From assembly GCA_035607175.1 (NCBI GenBank), contig DATNCP010000075.1, positions 7,774 to 71,773 of the forward strand: DNA of 64,000 nt. The letters run 5' to 3'. This document shows positions 56,427 through 64,000 of the stretch, one piece after another. The translations under genes and the position numbers were made by a program. Source of the DNA: Burkholderiales bacterium. GTDB lineage: Bacteria > Pseudomonadota > Gammaproteobacteria > Burkholderiales > SG8-39. How positions within the stretch are numbered: the first letter of the stretch is position 1; each line of letters begins with the position of its first letter. Under the pieces are notes generated by a model, which was not told the DNA's origin, did not search any database, and worked only from the letters and a program-made list of their open reading frames with translations.

Positions 56427-56511
56427 CTTGAAAATCGTCTCTCTTTCAAAGACTTATAACTATGGAGTATTGCCTTTGCGTCCAGTCGGGTTCGGGCGTA
56501 AAGTCGCCGCC

Positions 56512-56952
56512 ATGTTCCGTGTGACCACCTTGGCAATGGTCGTCGGCCTTGCGGCCTTGGCGAGCGGCTGCTCCAGCGTGGAGTGGAAGCAGGTCAGCGC
56601 GCAGCCTCTGCGCAATGGGCAGGGCCACGTCATCGGCCAGAAAGAAACGCTCTGCGATTGCCTCCATGGCGAGCGCATCGCGCGCCTCGCGCTGTTCGAG
56701 CCGCGCTTCGACGAGCATGGCGCCCTGGTGGGCTACGAAGAGAAGATCCGTGGCGGTACTGTGCTGCGCGATCTGAGCGGTCGCCGCATCGGCACCCGCA
56801 TCGCCGACCATCGCAGCCGGGCGCTCAACCCGAACAGCAAGGGCCTGACCATCATCGTGCACTCGCAGCCCGCGGAACGCGCGGCCACTGCCAGCGTGAC
56901 GACGATGGACGAGCTCGTGAACCTCGCGGGGCTTTCGCCGTACTTCAACTGA
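56512..56952 (+). CDS. Hypothetical lipoprotein
   Basis: ATG at 56512. Lipobox 'ALASGC'. The TTG start at 56428 abuts the tRNA and was rejected. Confidence 0.6.
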   Translation: MFRVTTLAMVVGLAALASGCSSVEWKQVSAQPLRNGQGHVIGQKETLCDCLHGERIARLALFEPRFDEHGALVGYEEKIRGGTVLRDLSGRRIGTRIADHRSRALNPNSKGLTIIVHSQPAERAATASVTTMDELVNLAGLSPYFN

Positions 56953-56962
56953 GGCTTCCGCC

Positions 56963-58012
56963 TCAGCGTCGCAGGCTGCGCAGCCAGCGGCGGTCGATCC
57001 AGTCCTTCCAGAACCACACCCAGCGGCCTTCGGCCGTCCAGCCGCCGCGCTGCGCGATCGCGTAGCGCGAGCCGCAGCTCAGCAGCACCAGCGCGCGCGC
57101 CTGGGGAAGGTAAGGCTCGAGCGGCTTTCCTCCGGCGAGGTTCCTGAAATTCGCCGCCAGGCTTTCGCCATGCCGCACCGCGTAGACGCCCGAGCGAGGG
57201 TGCGGCGCGTCGCGCAGGGTCGCGCAATCGCCCGAAACGAAAACCTCCGGGTGCGACGTGCTCTGCAGCGTGTCGTGCACCAGCGCGAAGCCATGACCGT
57301 CGACGGCGAGGCCCGCGCTCGCCAGCCATGCCGGCGCCGCAGAGCCGGTGGCGAGAATGACGAGATCGAAGTCCTGGCGCGAGGAGCCGGCCACGATCAC
57401 CGGGCCCTGCTCCACCGCCGTTACCGCCATGCCCGGCCGGAAGTCGACGCGCGCGCGGCGCAGCGCTTGCGCGATCTGCTCTCCCGCGATGCCGGGCAAT
57501 GTCGGCCGGTCGGAATAGAGGGTGACCGGCGCGCCGCGATGGCCGAGCGCCATCGCCAACTCGGCGCCGGCGGCTCCTGCACCGACGATCGCCACGCGCC
57601 CGAGCCGCTTCTGGTCGAGTGCGGCGAGGAAATCGTCGAGTGGCTTGACCGGCAGCGTGCGCTCCGCACCCGGCAGCGAGCGCTCGACCAGCGAGCCCGG
57701 ATTGAGCGATATGACGTCATAGTCGAGCTTCTCGCCGCCTTCGAGGCTGACGCGACGTGCCTGCGGATCGAGCGCGTCGACCTCGCCGGCAGCGAACTCG
57801 ACGAAGGCGCGCGAACACAGCGCCTCAATGTCGACCTGCGCGTCATCGAGCCGGTAGTGACCGGCGATCACGCCGGGCAGCATGCCCGAGTAGATCTGGC
57901 GGGCGAGCGGCGTGACCAGCGTGACCCGTGCGCCGTAGAGCGCCTCCTTCGCGAAGCTGCGCAGCACGTTGAGATGCGCGTGTCCCGCGCCGACGAGCAG
58001 GATCCGCCTCAC
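56963..58012 (-). CDS. FAD-dependent pyridine-nucleotide-disulfide-family oxidoreductase
   Basis: 'ILLVGAGHAH', 'VAIVGAGAAGAELA' and 'VFVSGDCA'. GTG start overlapping the upstream stop (GTGA). Confidence 0.8.
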   Translation of the reverse strand: MRRILLVGAGHAHLNVLRSFAKEALYGARVTLVTPLARQIYSGMLPGVIAGHYRLDDAQVDIEALCSRAFVEFAAGEVDALDPQARRVSLEGGEKLDYDVISLNPGSLVERSLPGAERTLPVKPLDDFLAALDQKRLGRVAIVGAGAAGAELAMALGHRGAPVTLYSDRPTLPGIAGEQIAQALRRARVDFRPGMAVTAVEQGPVIVAGSSRQDFDLVILATGSAAPAWLASAGLAVDGHGFALVHDTLQSTSHPEVFVSGDCATLRDAPHPRSGVYAVRHGESLAANFRNLAGGKPLEPYLPQARALVLLSCGSRYAIAQRGGWTAEGRWVWFWKDWIDRRWLRSLRR

Positions 58013-59640
58013 GAGCGCTGCTGCTTGGCCTCTTCGCGCCGGCGCAACTCCTTGCGCTGCACCTTGCCGGTCGTGGTCATGGGAAGCGCGTCGATGAACT
58101 CGATCTCGCGGGGATACTCGTACGGCGCGAGCCGGCCGCGCACGTGCTGCTGGATCTTCTCGACCAGCTCCTGGCCCGCGGAAAATCCCGGCTGCAGCAC
58201 GACGAACGCCTTGACGATCGTGCCGCGCGTCTCGTCGGGCTTGCCGATCACCGCCGCGTTGGCGACCGCGGGATGCTTCACCAGGCAGCTCTCGATCTCC
58301 GCCGGGCCGATGCGGTAGCCGGCGCTCTTGATGACGTCGTCGGTGCGGCCCTGGTACCAGAGGTAGCCATCCTCATCCATCTTTCCCTGGTCGCCGGTGC
58401 AGCCCCAGTCGTTGATGAACTTGTCCTTGGTCGCCTGCGGGTTCTTCCAATACTCCAGAAAGAAAACCGGATCACTGTTCCGCTTGATCGCAATCTCGCC
58501 CAGCTCGCCCTTTTTCACCTCTTCGCCAGCTTCGTTGATCACCGCCACGCGATGCCCAGGGTATGGCCGCCCGATCGAGCCGGGCTTCACCGGCCACGCG
58601 GCCTGGCAGTTGCCGACCACGTAGTTGATCTCGGTCTGGCCGAACATCTCGTTGATGGTGACGCCGAGGTGCTCCTTCGCCCACTCGAGCACCGTAACCC
58701 CCACCGATTCGCCCGCGCTCATGATCGATCTCAAAGTCAGTCGGTATTTCTGCTTCGGCGAAGCTACCGCCTTCATCATCAGCTTCAGGGCGGTCGGAAA
58801 GAGAAACGAATTGCGGATGCCGTATTTCTCGAGGAGGGAGTACGCCTTCTCCGCGTCGAAGCGGCCGCGATAGCCGAGGATGGGGATGCCGAAGTACCAG
58901 CTCGGCAGCAGCGCGTCGAACAGGCCGCCCGCCCACGCCCAGTCGGCGGGCGACCAGAACATGTCGCCCGGCTGCGGGAAGAAGTCGTGCGAATGGACGA
59001 AGCCGGGGATGTTGCCAATGATCAGGCGATGCGCCTCGAGCGCGCCTTTCGGCGCGCCGGTGGTGCCGCTGGTGTAGATGATCAAGGCCGGATCGTGCGC
59101 CGAGGTTTCGACCGCCAGGAATCCTGTCGAGGATTTCTGCAGCAAGTCCTCCCAGGCATGGACCCCGCTCTCTCGCGCGCCGCCCACGCCGATGACGTGC
59201 TCGAGCGGCTCCAGCTTGTCGCGCACTGCCCAGAGGTTGGCGATGGTCGTCGGCTCGACGATCGCGACGCTCGCGCCCGCGTGGTTGATGCGGTACTCGA
59301 GCGCGTCGGGACCGAACAGGTGCGAGAGCGGCAGCGCCACCGCGCCCATCTGGAACACCGCCATGTAGGCGATCGCCGCCTCGGGGCGCTGCGGCAGGAT
59401 GATCGCCACGCGATCGCCGCGGCGCACGCCGAGCCCGGCGAGCGCGTTCGACAGGCGGTTCGCCGCGACCTGGATGTCCCAGAAGGAATACGCCGCGGTG
59501 GTGCCGGACTCGTCTTCCCAATAGAGCGCGAAGCGGCTGCGATCGGCCGCCCAGCGGCCGCAACAGGCGGCGGCGATGTTGAAATGCTCGGGCACTTCCC
59601 AGCGGAAGCGATCGTAGAGCTCCTGGTAGCGGTCCCGCAT
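58009..59640 (-). CDS. AMP-dependent acyl-CoA synthetase/ligase
   Basis: 'IIYTSGTTGAPKG', 'GQTE' and 'TGD.G..DEDGY.WY.GR.DD.IK..GYRIGP.EIE'. Confidence 0.85.
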   Translation of the reverse strand: MRDRYQELYDRFRWEVPEHFNIAAACCGRWAADRSRFALYWEDESGTTAAYSFWDIQVAANRLSNALAGLGVRRGDRVAIILPQRPEAAIAYMAVFQMGAVALPLSHLFGPDALEYRINHAGASVAIVEPTTIANLWAVRDKLEPLEHVIGVGGARESGVHAWEDLLQKSSTGFLAVETSAHDPALIIYTSGTTGAPKGALEAHRLIIGNIPGFVHSHDFFPQPGDMFWSPADWAWAGGLFDALLPSWYFGIPILGYRGRFDAEKAYSLLEKYGIRNSFLFPTALKLMMKAVASPKQKYRLTLRSIMSAGESVGVTVLEWAKEHLGVTINEMFGQTEINYVVGNCQAAWPVKPGSIGRPYPGHRVAVINEAGEEVKKGELGEIAIKRNSDPVFFLEYWKNPQATKDKFINDWGCTGDQGKMDEDGYLWYQGRTDDVIKSAGYRIGPAEIESCLVKHPAVANAAVIGKPDETRGTIVKAFVVLQPGFSAGQELVEKIQQHVRGRLAPYEYPREIEFIDALPMTTTGKVQRKELRRREEAKQQRS

Positions 59641-59681
59641 GGCGTGAAGCAGTTTAACATCTGGAAAATTCGCGCCACGCC

Positions 59682-60335
59682 ATGAAACTCGCTGCGCTCG
59701 TCTTCGACGCCTACGGCACGCTGTTCGATGTGCATTCGGTCATGCGCCGCTGCGAAACGTGCTGGCCCGGCAAGGGCGCCGCGCTCTCGGCGGCGTGGCG
59801 CTCGAAGCAGCTCGAGTACACGTGGCAGCGTAGCCTCATGCGCGCCTATCGCCCCTTCTCCGAGGTGACGCGCGACGCGCTCGAGCACAGCTGTGAAGCG
59901 CTCGGTCTGCCGCTCTCCTCCGCGCAGACCGAAGAACTGATGCAGGAATACCGCCGCCTGTCGCTATTCCCCGATGTCCTGCAAGCCTTGAACGATCTCA
60001 AAGGCAAGAAAGCCATCCTCTCCAATGGCTCGCCCGACATGCTCGAGCCGCTGGTGAAGCAATCCGGCCTGCGCTTCGACGCGGTATTGAGCGTCGACGA
60101 GCTGAAGATCTTCAAGCCCGCGCCCGAGGTGTACGCGCTCGCGGAGCAGCGCCTCGGAGTGGCGGCGAAGCGCGTCGGCTTCGTCTCGTCCAACTGCTGG
60201 GACGCCCTCGGCGCCAAGGCCTTCGGCTTCCAGGTGTTCTGGATCAATCGCACCGGCGCGCCGGTCGACCGCCTTGGCCCGCAGCCCGACGCAGTGCTCA
60301 AGACCCTCGGAGATCTGCCTGAAGTTCTGCGCTAA
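59682..60335 (+). CDS. Haloacid dehalogenase type II (HAD superfamily)
   Basis: 'LVFDAYGTLFDV', 'SNGSPDML' and 'FKPAPEVY'. Confidence 0.85.
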   Translation: MKLAALVFDAYGTLFDVHSVMRRCETCWPGKGAALSAAWRSKQLEYTWQRSLMRAYRPFSEVTRDALEHSCEALGLPLSSAQTEELMQEYRRLSLFPDVLQALNDLKGKKAILSNGSPDMLEPLVKQSGLRFDAVLSVDELKIFKPAPEVYALAEQRLGVAAKRVGFVSSNCWDALGAKAFGFQVFWINRTGAPVDRLGPQPDAVLKTLGDLPEVLR

Positions 60336-60846
60336 TTGCGCCGCGCCGGTGGTGCGGCGCGTTCCGCCGGGCGACACGCTGCAGCGCTGGGTCTGCGACC
60401 AGTGCGGCGAGATCCATTACCAGAACCCGAAGCTGATCGTCGGCACGGTGCCGGAGTACGAGGGCAGGATCCTCCTCTGCCGGCGCGCGATCGAGCCGCG
60501 CTACGGATATTGGACGCTGCCCGCCGGCTTCATGGAGAACGACGAGACCGCCGGCCAGGCGGCGCTTCGCGAGACGCTGGAGGAATCGGGCGCCCGCGTC
60601 GAGCTCGGCGCGCCCTTCACGATGATCTCGGTGCCGCGCGTCAACCAGGTGCACCTCTACTACCGGGCGCGGGTGCTCGAGCTCGGTTTCAAGCCCGGCG
60701 AGGAGAGCCTCGAGGTGGCGCTGTACGAAGAGGCTCGCGTCCCCTGGGAAGAAATCGCTTTCCGCACCGTCGGCGCGACCCTGCGCCACTGGTTCGCCGA
60801 CCGGGCGAAGGAGAGCTTCAGCTTTCACGCCGAGGATCTATCGTAA
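60274..60846 (+). CDS. NUDIX hydrolase with N-terminal zinc ribbon
   Basis: 'FCANC...CDQCG' CxxC pairs. Nudix box 'GFMENDETAGQAALRETLEESG'. The ATG at 60274 overlaps the HAD gene by 62 nt, so the true start may be later. Confidence 0.75.
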   Translation: MARSPTQCSRPSEICLKFCANCAAPVVRRVPPGDTLQRWVCDQCGEIHYQNPKLIVGTVPEYEGRILLCRRAIEPRYGYWTLPAGFMENDETAGQAALRETLEESGARVELGAPFTMISVPRVNQVHLYYRARVLELGFKPGEESLEVALYEEARVPWEEIAFRTVGATLRHWFADRAKESFSFHAEDLS

Positions 60847-60911
60847 GTCTGAGGTATGCTTCCTCCCGGTGCGTCGCGCGCACCAAAACAAGACAAAAGG
60901 GGAGGCTGCGA

Positions 60912-62219
60912 ATGAAATTTCTGCACCGCAACGTGCTGCTTCTGACCATGCTGGTGCATGCGCCGGCCGTGTTCGCCCAAGCGGCGCCGGCGGCCGCGCC
61001 CAAGCTGGATGCCGCTGATACGGCCTGGATGCTCACGGCATCGGTCCTCGTGCTCTTCATGACGCTTCCCGGCCTCGCCCTCTTCTACGCCGGCTTGGTG
61101 CGCATGAAGAACGTGCTCTCGGTGCTGATGCAGTGCTTCGCCATCACCTGCGTCGTGACGCTCGCCTGGATGGCGGTCGGCTACAGCATCGCGTTCGGCG
61201 ACGGCAACGCCTGGTGGGGCGGGCTGGCCAAGTCCTTCTTCTCCGGAATCGACGTCAAGTCGATCCGGCCCGGCACGACCATCCCCGAGACGGTATTCGT
61301 GATGTACCAGCTCACCTTCGCCATCATCACCCCTGCGCTGGTGATCGGCGCGTTCGCCGAGCGCGTGCGCTTCGGCGGCATGCTGCTCTTCAGCGTGCTG
61401 TGGCTGCTGCTCGTGTACTGCCCGATCGCGCATTGGGTCTGGGGCGACGGCTGGCTGCAGAAAATGGGGCTGATGGACTTCGCCGGCGGCACGGTGGTGC
61501 ACCTCAATGCCGGCATTGCCGCCCTCGTCTGCGCGCTGGTGCTCGGCAAGCGGCGGGGCTTCCCCGAGACGGCGATGCCGCCGCACAACATGACCATGAC
61601 CGTCACCGGCGCGGCGATGCTGTGGGTCGGCTGGTTCGGCTTCAACGCCGGCAGCGCGGTCGCGGCGAACGGCTCGGCGGGCATGGCGATGCTGGTGACG
61701 CATATCGGCGCCGCCACCGGTGCCTTCACCTGGCTCGCTTGCGAGTGGCTGCGCTATGGCAAGCCGTCGGTGCTCGGCATCGTCACCGGCATGGTCGCTG
61801 GCCTCGGCACCATCACGCCAGCCTCCGGCTTCGTCGGTCCGATCGGCGCGCTGATCATCGGCGGCGCGGCCGGCATAGTCTGCTTCTGCGCCACGAGCTA
61901 CATGAAGCGTGCGCTCAACGTCGACGATTCGCTCGATGTGTTCCCGGTGCACGGCGTGGGCGGCCTGATCGGCACCTTCCTCACCGGGATCCTCGTCTCC
62001 GCCTCGTTCGGCGGCATGGGCTACCCCGACAAGGTGACGATGGGCGACCAGATCGTGACGCAGCTTGCCGGCATCGGCGCGACCGCGGTGTGGTCGGGCG
62101 TGCTCACCTGGGTGCTGCTCAAGCTGGTCGATGCCGTCGCCGGCATGCGCGTCAGCGCCGACAGCGAAACGGAGGGGCTGGACACCGTGCTGCACAACGA
62201 AAAGGGCTATAACCTCTAG
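60912..62219 (+). CDS. amtB: Ammonium transporter
   Basis: ATG at 60912 with GGAGG at 60901-60905. Signal peptide. 'DTAWMLTASVLVLFMT.PGLALFY.G', 'DFAGGTVVH' and 'VHGVGG..G' are Amt signatures. Confidence 0.9.
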   Translation: MKFLHRNVLLLTMLVHAPAVFAQAAPAAAPKLDAADTAWMLTASVLVLFMTLPGLALFYAGLVRMKNVLSVLMQCFAITCVVTLAWMAVGYSIAFGDGNAWWGGLAKSFFSGIDVKSIRPGTTIPETVFVMYQLTFAIITPALVIGAFAERVRFGGMLLFSVLWLLLVYCPIAHWVWGDGWLQKMGLMDFAGGTVVHLNAGIAALVCALVLGKRRGFPETAMPPHNMTMTVTGAAMLWVGWFGFNAGSAVAANGSAGMAMLVTHIGAATGAFTWLACEWLRYGKPSVLGIVTGMVAGLGTITPASGFVGPIGALIIGGAAGIVCFCATSYMKRALNVDDSLDVFPVHGVGGLIGTFLTGILVSASFGGMGYPDKVTMGDQIVTQLAGIGATAVWSGVLTWVLLKLVDAVAGMRVSADSETEGLDTVLHNEKGYNL

Positions 62220-62224
62220 GAGGA

Positions 62225-62920
62225 ATGGAGCGGCGCGATTTCCTGAAGCTCTGCGCCGCCGGGGCTGCGACGGCCGGGGCCCCGGCGCTCGCCGCCGATG
62301 CGCGGCCGCAGCTCTACTCGCGCGCCCTGCTTGTCGACGAGCAGGGCGCACCGCTCCGCGCCGGCAGGGTCCCGGTCGAGCGCACCCTGATCTTCCACTA
62401 TCCCTTCGCCGGAACCCCCTGCTTTCTTCTCAACCTGGGCAAGCCGGCCAAGGCATCGGCGATGCTGAAAACCGTCGACAACCGGCCGTACGAATGGAAA
62501 GGCGGCGTCGGCGCCGGCCGCTCGATCGTCGCCTATTCCGCGATCTGCGCGCACAAGCTCACCTACCCGACGCGCGACATCAGCTTCATCAGCTACCGCC
62601 CCGAGAAAAGCGCGCGCAACCGCTTCGGCAGCGTCATCCACTGCTGCTCCGAGCACAGCCAGTACGACCCCGCTGAAGGCGGCCGCGTCGTCGCCGGCCC
62701 GGCGCCGCAGCCGCTCGCGGCGATCCTGCTCGAGCACGACGCGGCGAAGGACGAGATCCACGCCGTCGGCACTCTCGGCGGCGAGATGTTCAACGAGTTC
62801 TTCGAGAAGTACGCGTTCAAGCTGGATCTCGAGCACGGCGGCGCCGCGCGCCAGTCGATCGGCGGCGCGACGCGCGTGCAGGAGCTGGAAAACTATTGCA
62901 AGCAGCAAGTGAAGTGCTAG
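62225..62920 (+). CDS. Tat-exported Rieske [2Fe-2S] protein (AioB-like small-subunit type)
   Basis: 'MERRDFLKLCAAGAA' twin-arginine signal. Cluster ligands 'CAH' and 'CSEH' ('SAICAHKLTYP...VIHCCSEHSQYDP'). 231 aa. Confidence 0.75.
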   Translation: MERRDFLKLCAAGAATAGAPALAADARPQLYSRALLVDEQGAPLRAGRVPVERTLIFHYPFAGTPCFLLNLGKPAKASAMLKTVDNRPYEWKGGVGAGRSIVAYSAICAHKLTYPTRDISFISYRPEKSARNRFGSVIHCCSEHSQYDPAEGGRVVAGPAPQPLAAILLEHDAAKDEIHAVGTLGGEMFNEFFEKYAFKLDLEHGGAARQSIGGATRVQELENYCKQQVKC

Positions 62921-63612
62921 CGTGGATCGGCCCGAACGATCCGTTTCCGCCGGTTTCGCGGGCGCTCAAGGACCCTAACGGGCTGCTCGCCGCCGGCGGC
63001 GATCTTTCGCTCGAGCGGCTGCTCGACGCCTACCGGCACGGCATCTTCCCCTGGTTCTCGCGCGGCGAGCCGATCCTCTGGTGGTCGCCTGATCCGCGCA
63101 TGGTGCTCCACACCGTCGAGCTTAAGGTCTCGCGCTCGCTGGCGAAGAACCTGCGGAACAAGGGCTACCGCGTCAGCGCCGACACTGCGTTCGAGCGGGT
63201 CCTGCGCGGCTGCGCCGGGCCGCGTCGCGGCGCGCCCGGCACCTGGCTCAGCGCGGCGATGCAGAAGGCCTACCTCGCGCTGCACCGCGCCGGCCATGCC
63301 CACTCCTTCGAAACCTGGCGCGAGGATGATCTGGTCGGCGGGTTGTACGGGGTGGCCGTTGGCCGGATGTTCTACGGAGAATCGATGTTCTCGGCCGCCA
63401 CCGACGCATCCAAGGTGGCGCTCGTGGGGCTGGTGCGGGCGCTCGCCGCCCGGGGCTTTCCCCTGATCGACTGCCAGATGAAGACGCCGCTGCTCGCTTC
63501 GCTCGGCGCCCGCGAGATCCCCCGGGCGGCTTTCTTGCGGGCGCTGGCAGCGTTGGTAAACTACCCGGAGCCTCCTGGAAAGTGGACCGAAAGGACGCAA
63601 GAATCCGCGTGA
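62914..63612 (+). CDS. aat: Leucyl/phenylalanyl-tRNA--protein transferase
   Basis: 'FPP...A...PNGLLAAGGDLS...LL.AY..GIFPW', 'WWSPDPRMVL', 'GGLYGV..G..F.GESMFS'. The start is GTG 62914 or TTG 62896. Both overlap the Rieske gene end. Confidence 0.85.
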   Translation: MLAWIGPNDPFPPVSRALKDPNGLLAAGGDLSLERLLDAYRHGIFPWFSRGEPILWWSPDPRMVLHTVELKVSRSLAKNLRNKGYRVSADTAFERVLRGCAGPRRGAPGTWLSAAMQKAYLALHRAGHAHSFETWREDDLVGGLYGVAVGRMFYGESMFSAATDASKVALVGLVRALAARGFPLIDCQMKTPLLASLGAREIPRAAFLRALAALVNYPEPPGKWTERTQESA

Positions 63613-63636
63613 CCGAAAGGACGCAAGAATCCGCGT
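63585..63636. repeat. Perfect 26-bp tandem duplication (gaccgaaaggacgcaagaatccgcgt x2) spanning the aat stop codon
   Basis: 63585-63610 and 63611-63636 are identical. A further 3 nt (gac) continue the repeat. The first copy contains the last 8 aat codons, and the aat TGA (63610-63612) straddles the junction with the second copy. Confidence 0.95.
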
Positions 63637-63641
63637 GACAG

Positions 63642-64000
63642 ATGTCGAGACTTAACGACCTGCCGCACGCAGTACTGCAGTTCTACGTAACTGCGCCCTA
63701 TCCGTGCAGCTACCTGCCGGATCGTATGGCCCGCTCGCAGGTCGCGACGCCCAGCCACCTGATCAACACCGAGCTGTACGGCGACCTGGTCAAGGCCGGC
63801 TTCCGTCGCAGCGGCATCTTTACCTATCGGCCGCATTGCGACGCGTGCCGCGCCTGCGTGCCGGTGCGCATCCCGGCGCAGGAATTCAATGCCAACCGCT
63901 CGCAGCGCCGCGCCAGGCGGCTGCACGGATCGCTCGTCGCGCAGGCGCAGCCGCTCAAGTTCCGGCTCGAGCACTACGCGCTCTACCTGCGCTACCAATC
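63642..64000 (+). CDS. bpt: Arginyl-tRNA/leucyl-tRNA--protein transferase (Bpt/Ate family), 3' end cut by window edge
   Basis: ATG at 63642. '[21 protein letters not shown]', 'GFRRSG...YRP.C..C.AC.P.R' is the Ate/Bpt N-terminal signature. The frame is open to nt 64000. Confidence 0.85.
   Translation, partial: MSRLNDLPHAVLQFYVTAPYPCSYLPDRMARSQVATPSHLINTELYGDLVKAGFRRSGIFTYRPHCDACRACVPVRIPAQEFNANRSQRRARRLHGSLVAQAQPLKFRLEHYALYLRYQ

Noticed and set aside
56428-56449. Weak AT-rich hairpin (ttgaaa-N10-tttcaa) right after the tRNA as a terminator
   Set aside because: The stem is only 6 A/T base pairs with a 10-nt loop and no U-run. It is too weak to call.
56351-56960. tRNA-Arg followed by an AT-rich stretch and a lipoprotein gene: possible genomic-island integration site
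   Set aside because: I saw no integrase, no direct repeat of the tRNA 3' end and no run of atypical genes. The flanking genes look like ordinary chromosomal genes with normal composition.
59641-59681. Inverted 'ggcgtg ... cacgcc' flanking the acyl-CoA-synthetase / HAD divergent spacer as an operator
   Set aside because: The half-sites are only 6 bp, separated by 29 nt, and I saw no second occurrence. This is indistinguishable from chance.
60847-60911. Looked for a sigma-54 (TGGCAC-N5-TTGC) promoter and a glnK gene upstream of amtB; also noted the hairpin ggtgcg-tcgcg-cgcacc at 60868-60884
   Set aside because: There is no -24/-12 match in the 65-nt spacer. The hairpin has no following U-tract, so I cannot call a terminator or an attenuator. 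glnK may simply be encoded elsewhere, so its absence here proves nothing.

Overview
GC-rich (about two-thirds G+C by eye, not computed), very gene-dense chromosomal segment of betaproteobacterial type: Bug/TctC-family binding protein, and ispDF-mfd-serB, dapA-bamC and aat-bpt neighbourhoods. I call about 60 protein genes and one tRNA-Arg(CCT). I see no rRNA, CRISPR array, transposase, integrase or phage genes. Most genes are housekeeping or transport: ispD/ispF, mfd, serB, purL, dapA, bamC, glgX, oxyR, amtB, aat/bpt, ompR/envZ, a TRAP transporter, and MFS/APC/DMT permeases. Same-strand genes are typically joined by 4-nt NTGA stop/start overlaps. Most long alternate-frame ORFs in the supplied track are GC-driven artefacts and were not called. 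The candidates most worth a second look are listed here. (1) A 964-aa chimeric membrane protein immediately upstream of purL. It has a small N-terminal domain, a poly-Pro linker, a roughly 390-aa E/R/K/A-rich helix-like tract, one TM helix and a periplasmic AsmA-like C-terminus. (2) A NylB-like (6-aminohexanoate-dimer-hydrolase-like) serine hydrolase translationally coupled to a fused HyuA/HyuB oxoprolinase/lactamase-type enzyme. (3) A degenerate receiver-domain gene preceded by AT-rich 20-bp direct repeats whose core 10-mer also sits in front of the neighbouring ridA. (4) Three CTGA junctions, one of which (slyD-like) has no canonical start codon available. (5) oxyR as the translationally coupled third gene of an operon. 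(6) An orphan Tat-exported AioB-like Rieske protein. (7) An AI-2E transporter with a B12-binding-like C-terminal domain. (8) A perfect 26-bp tandem duplication at the aat/bpt junction. All family assignments come from motif reading and memory of the families. No database search was possible.
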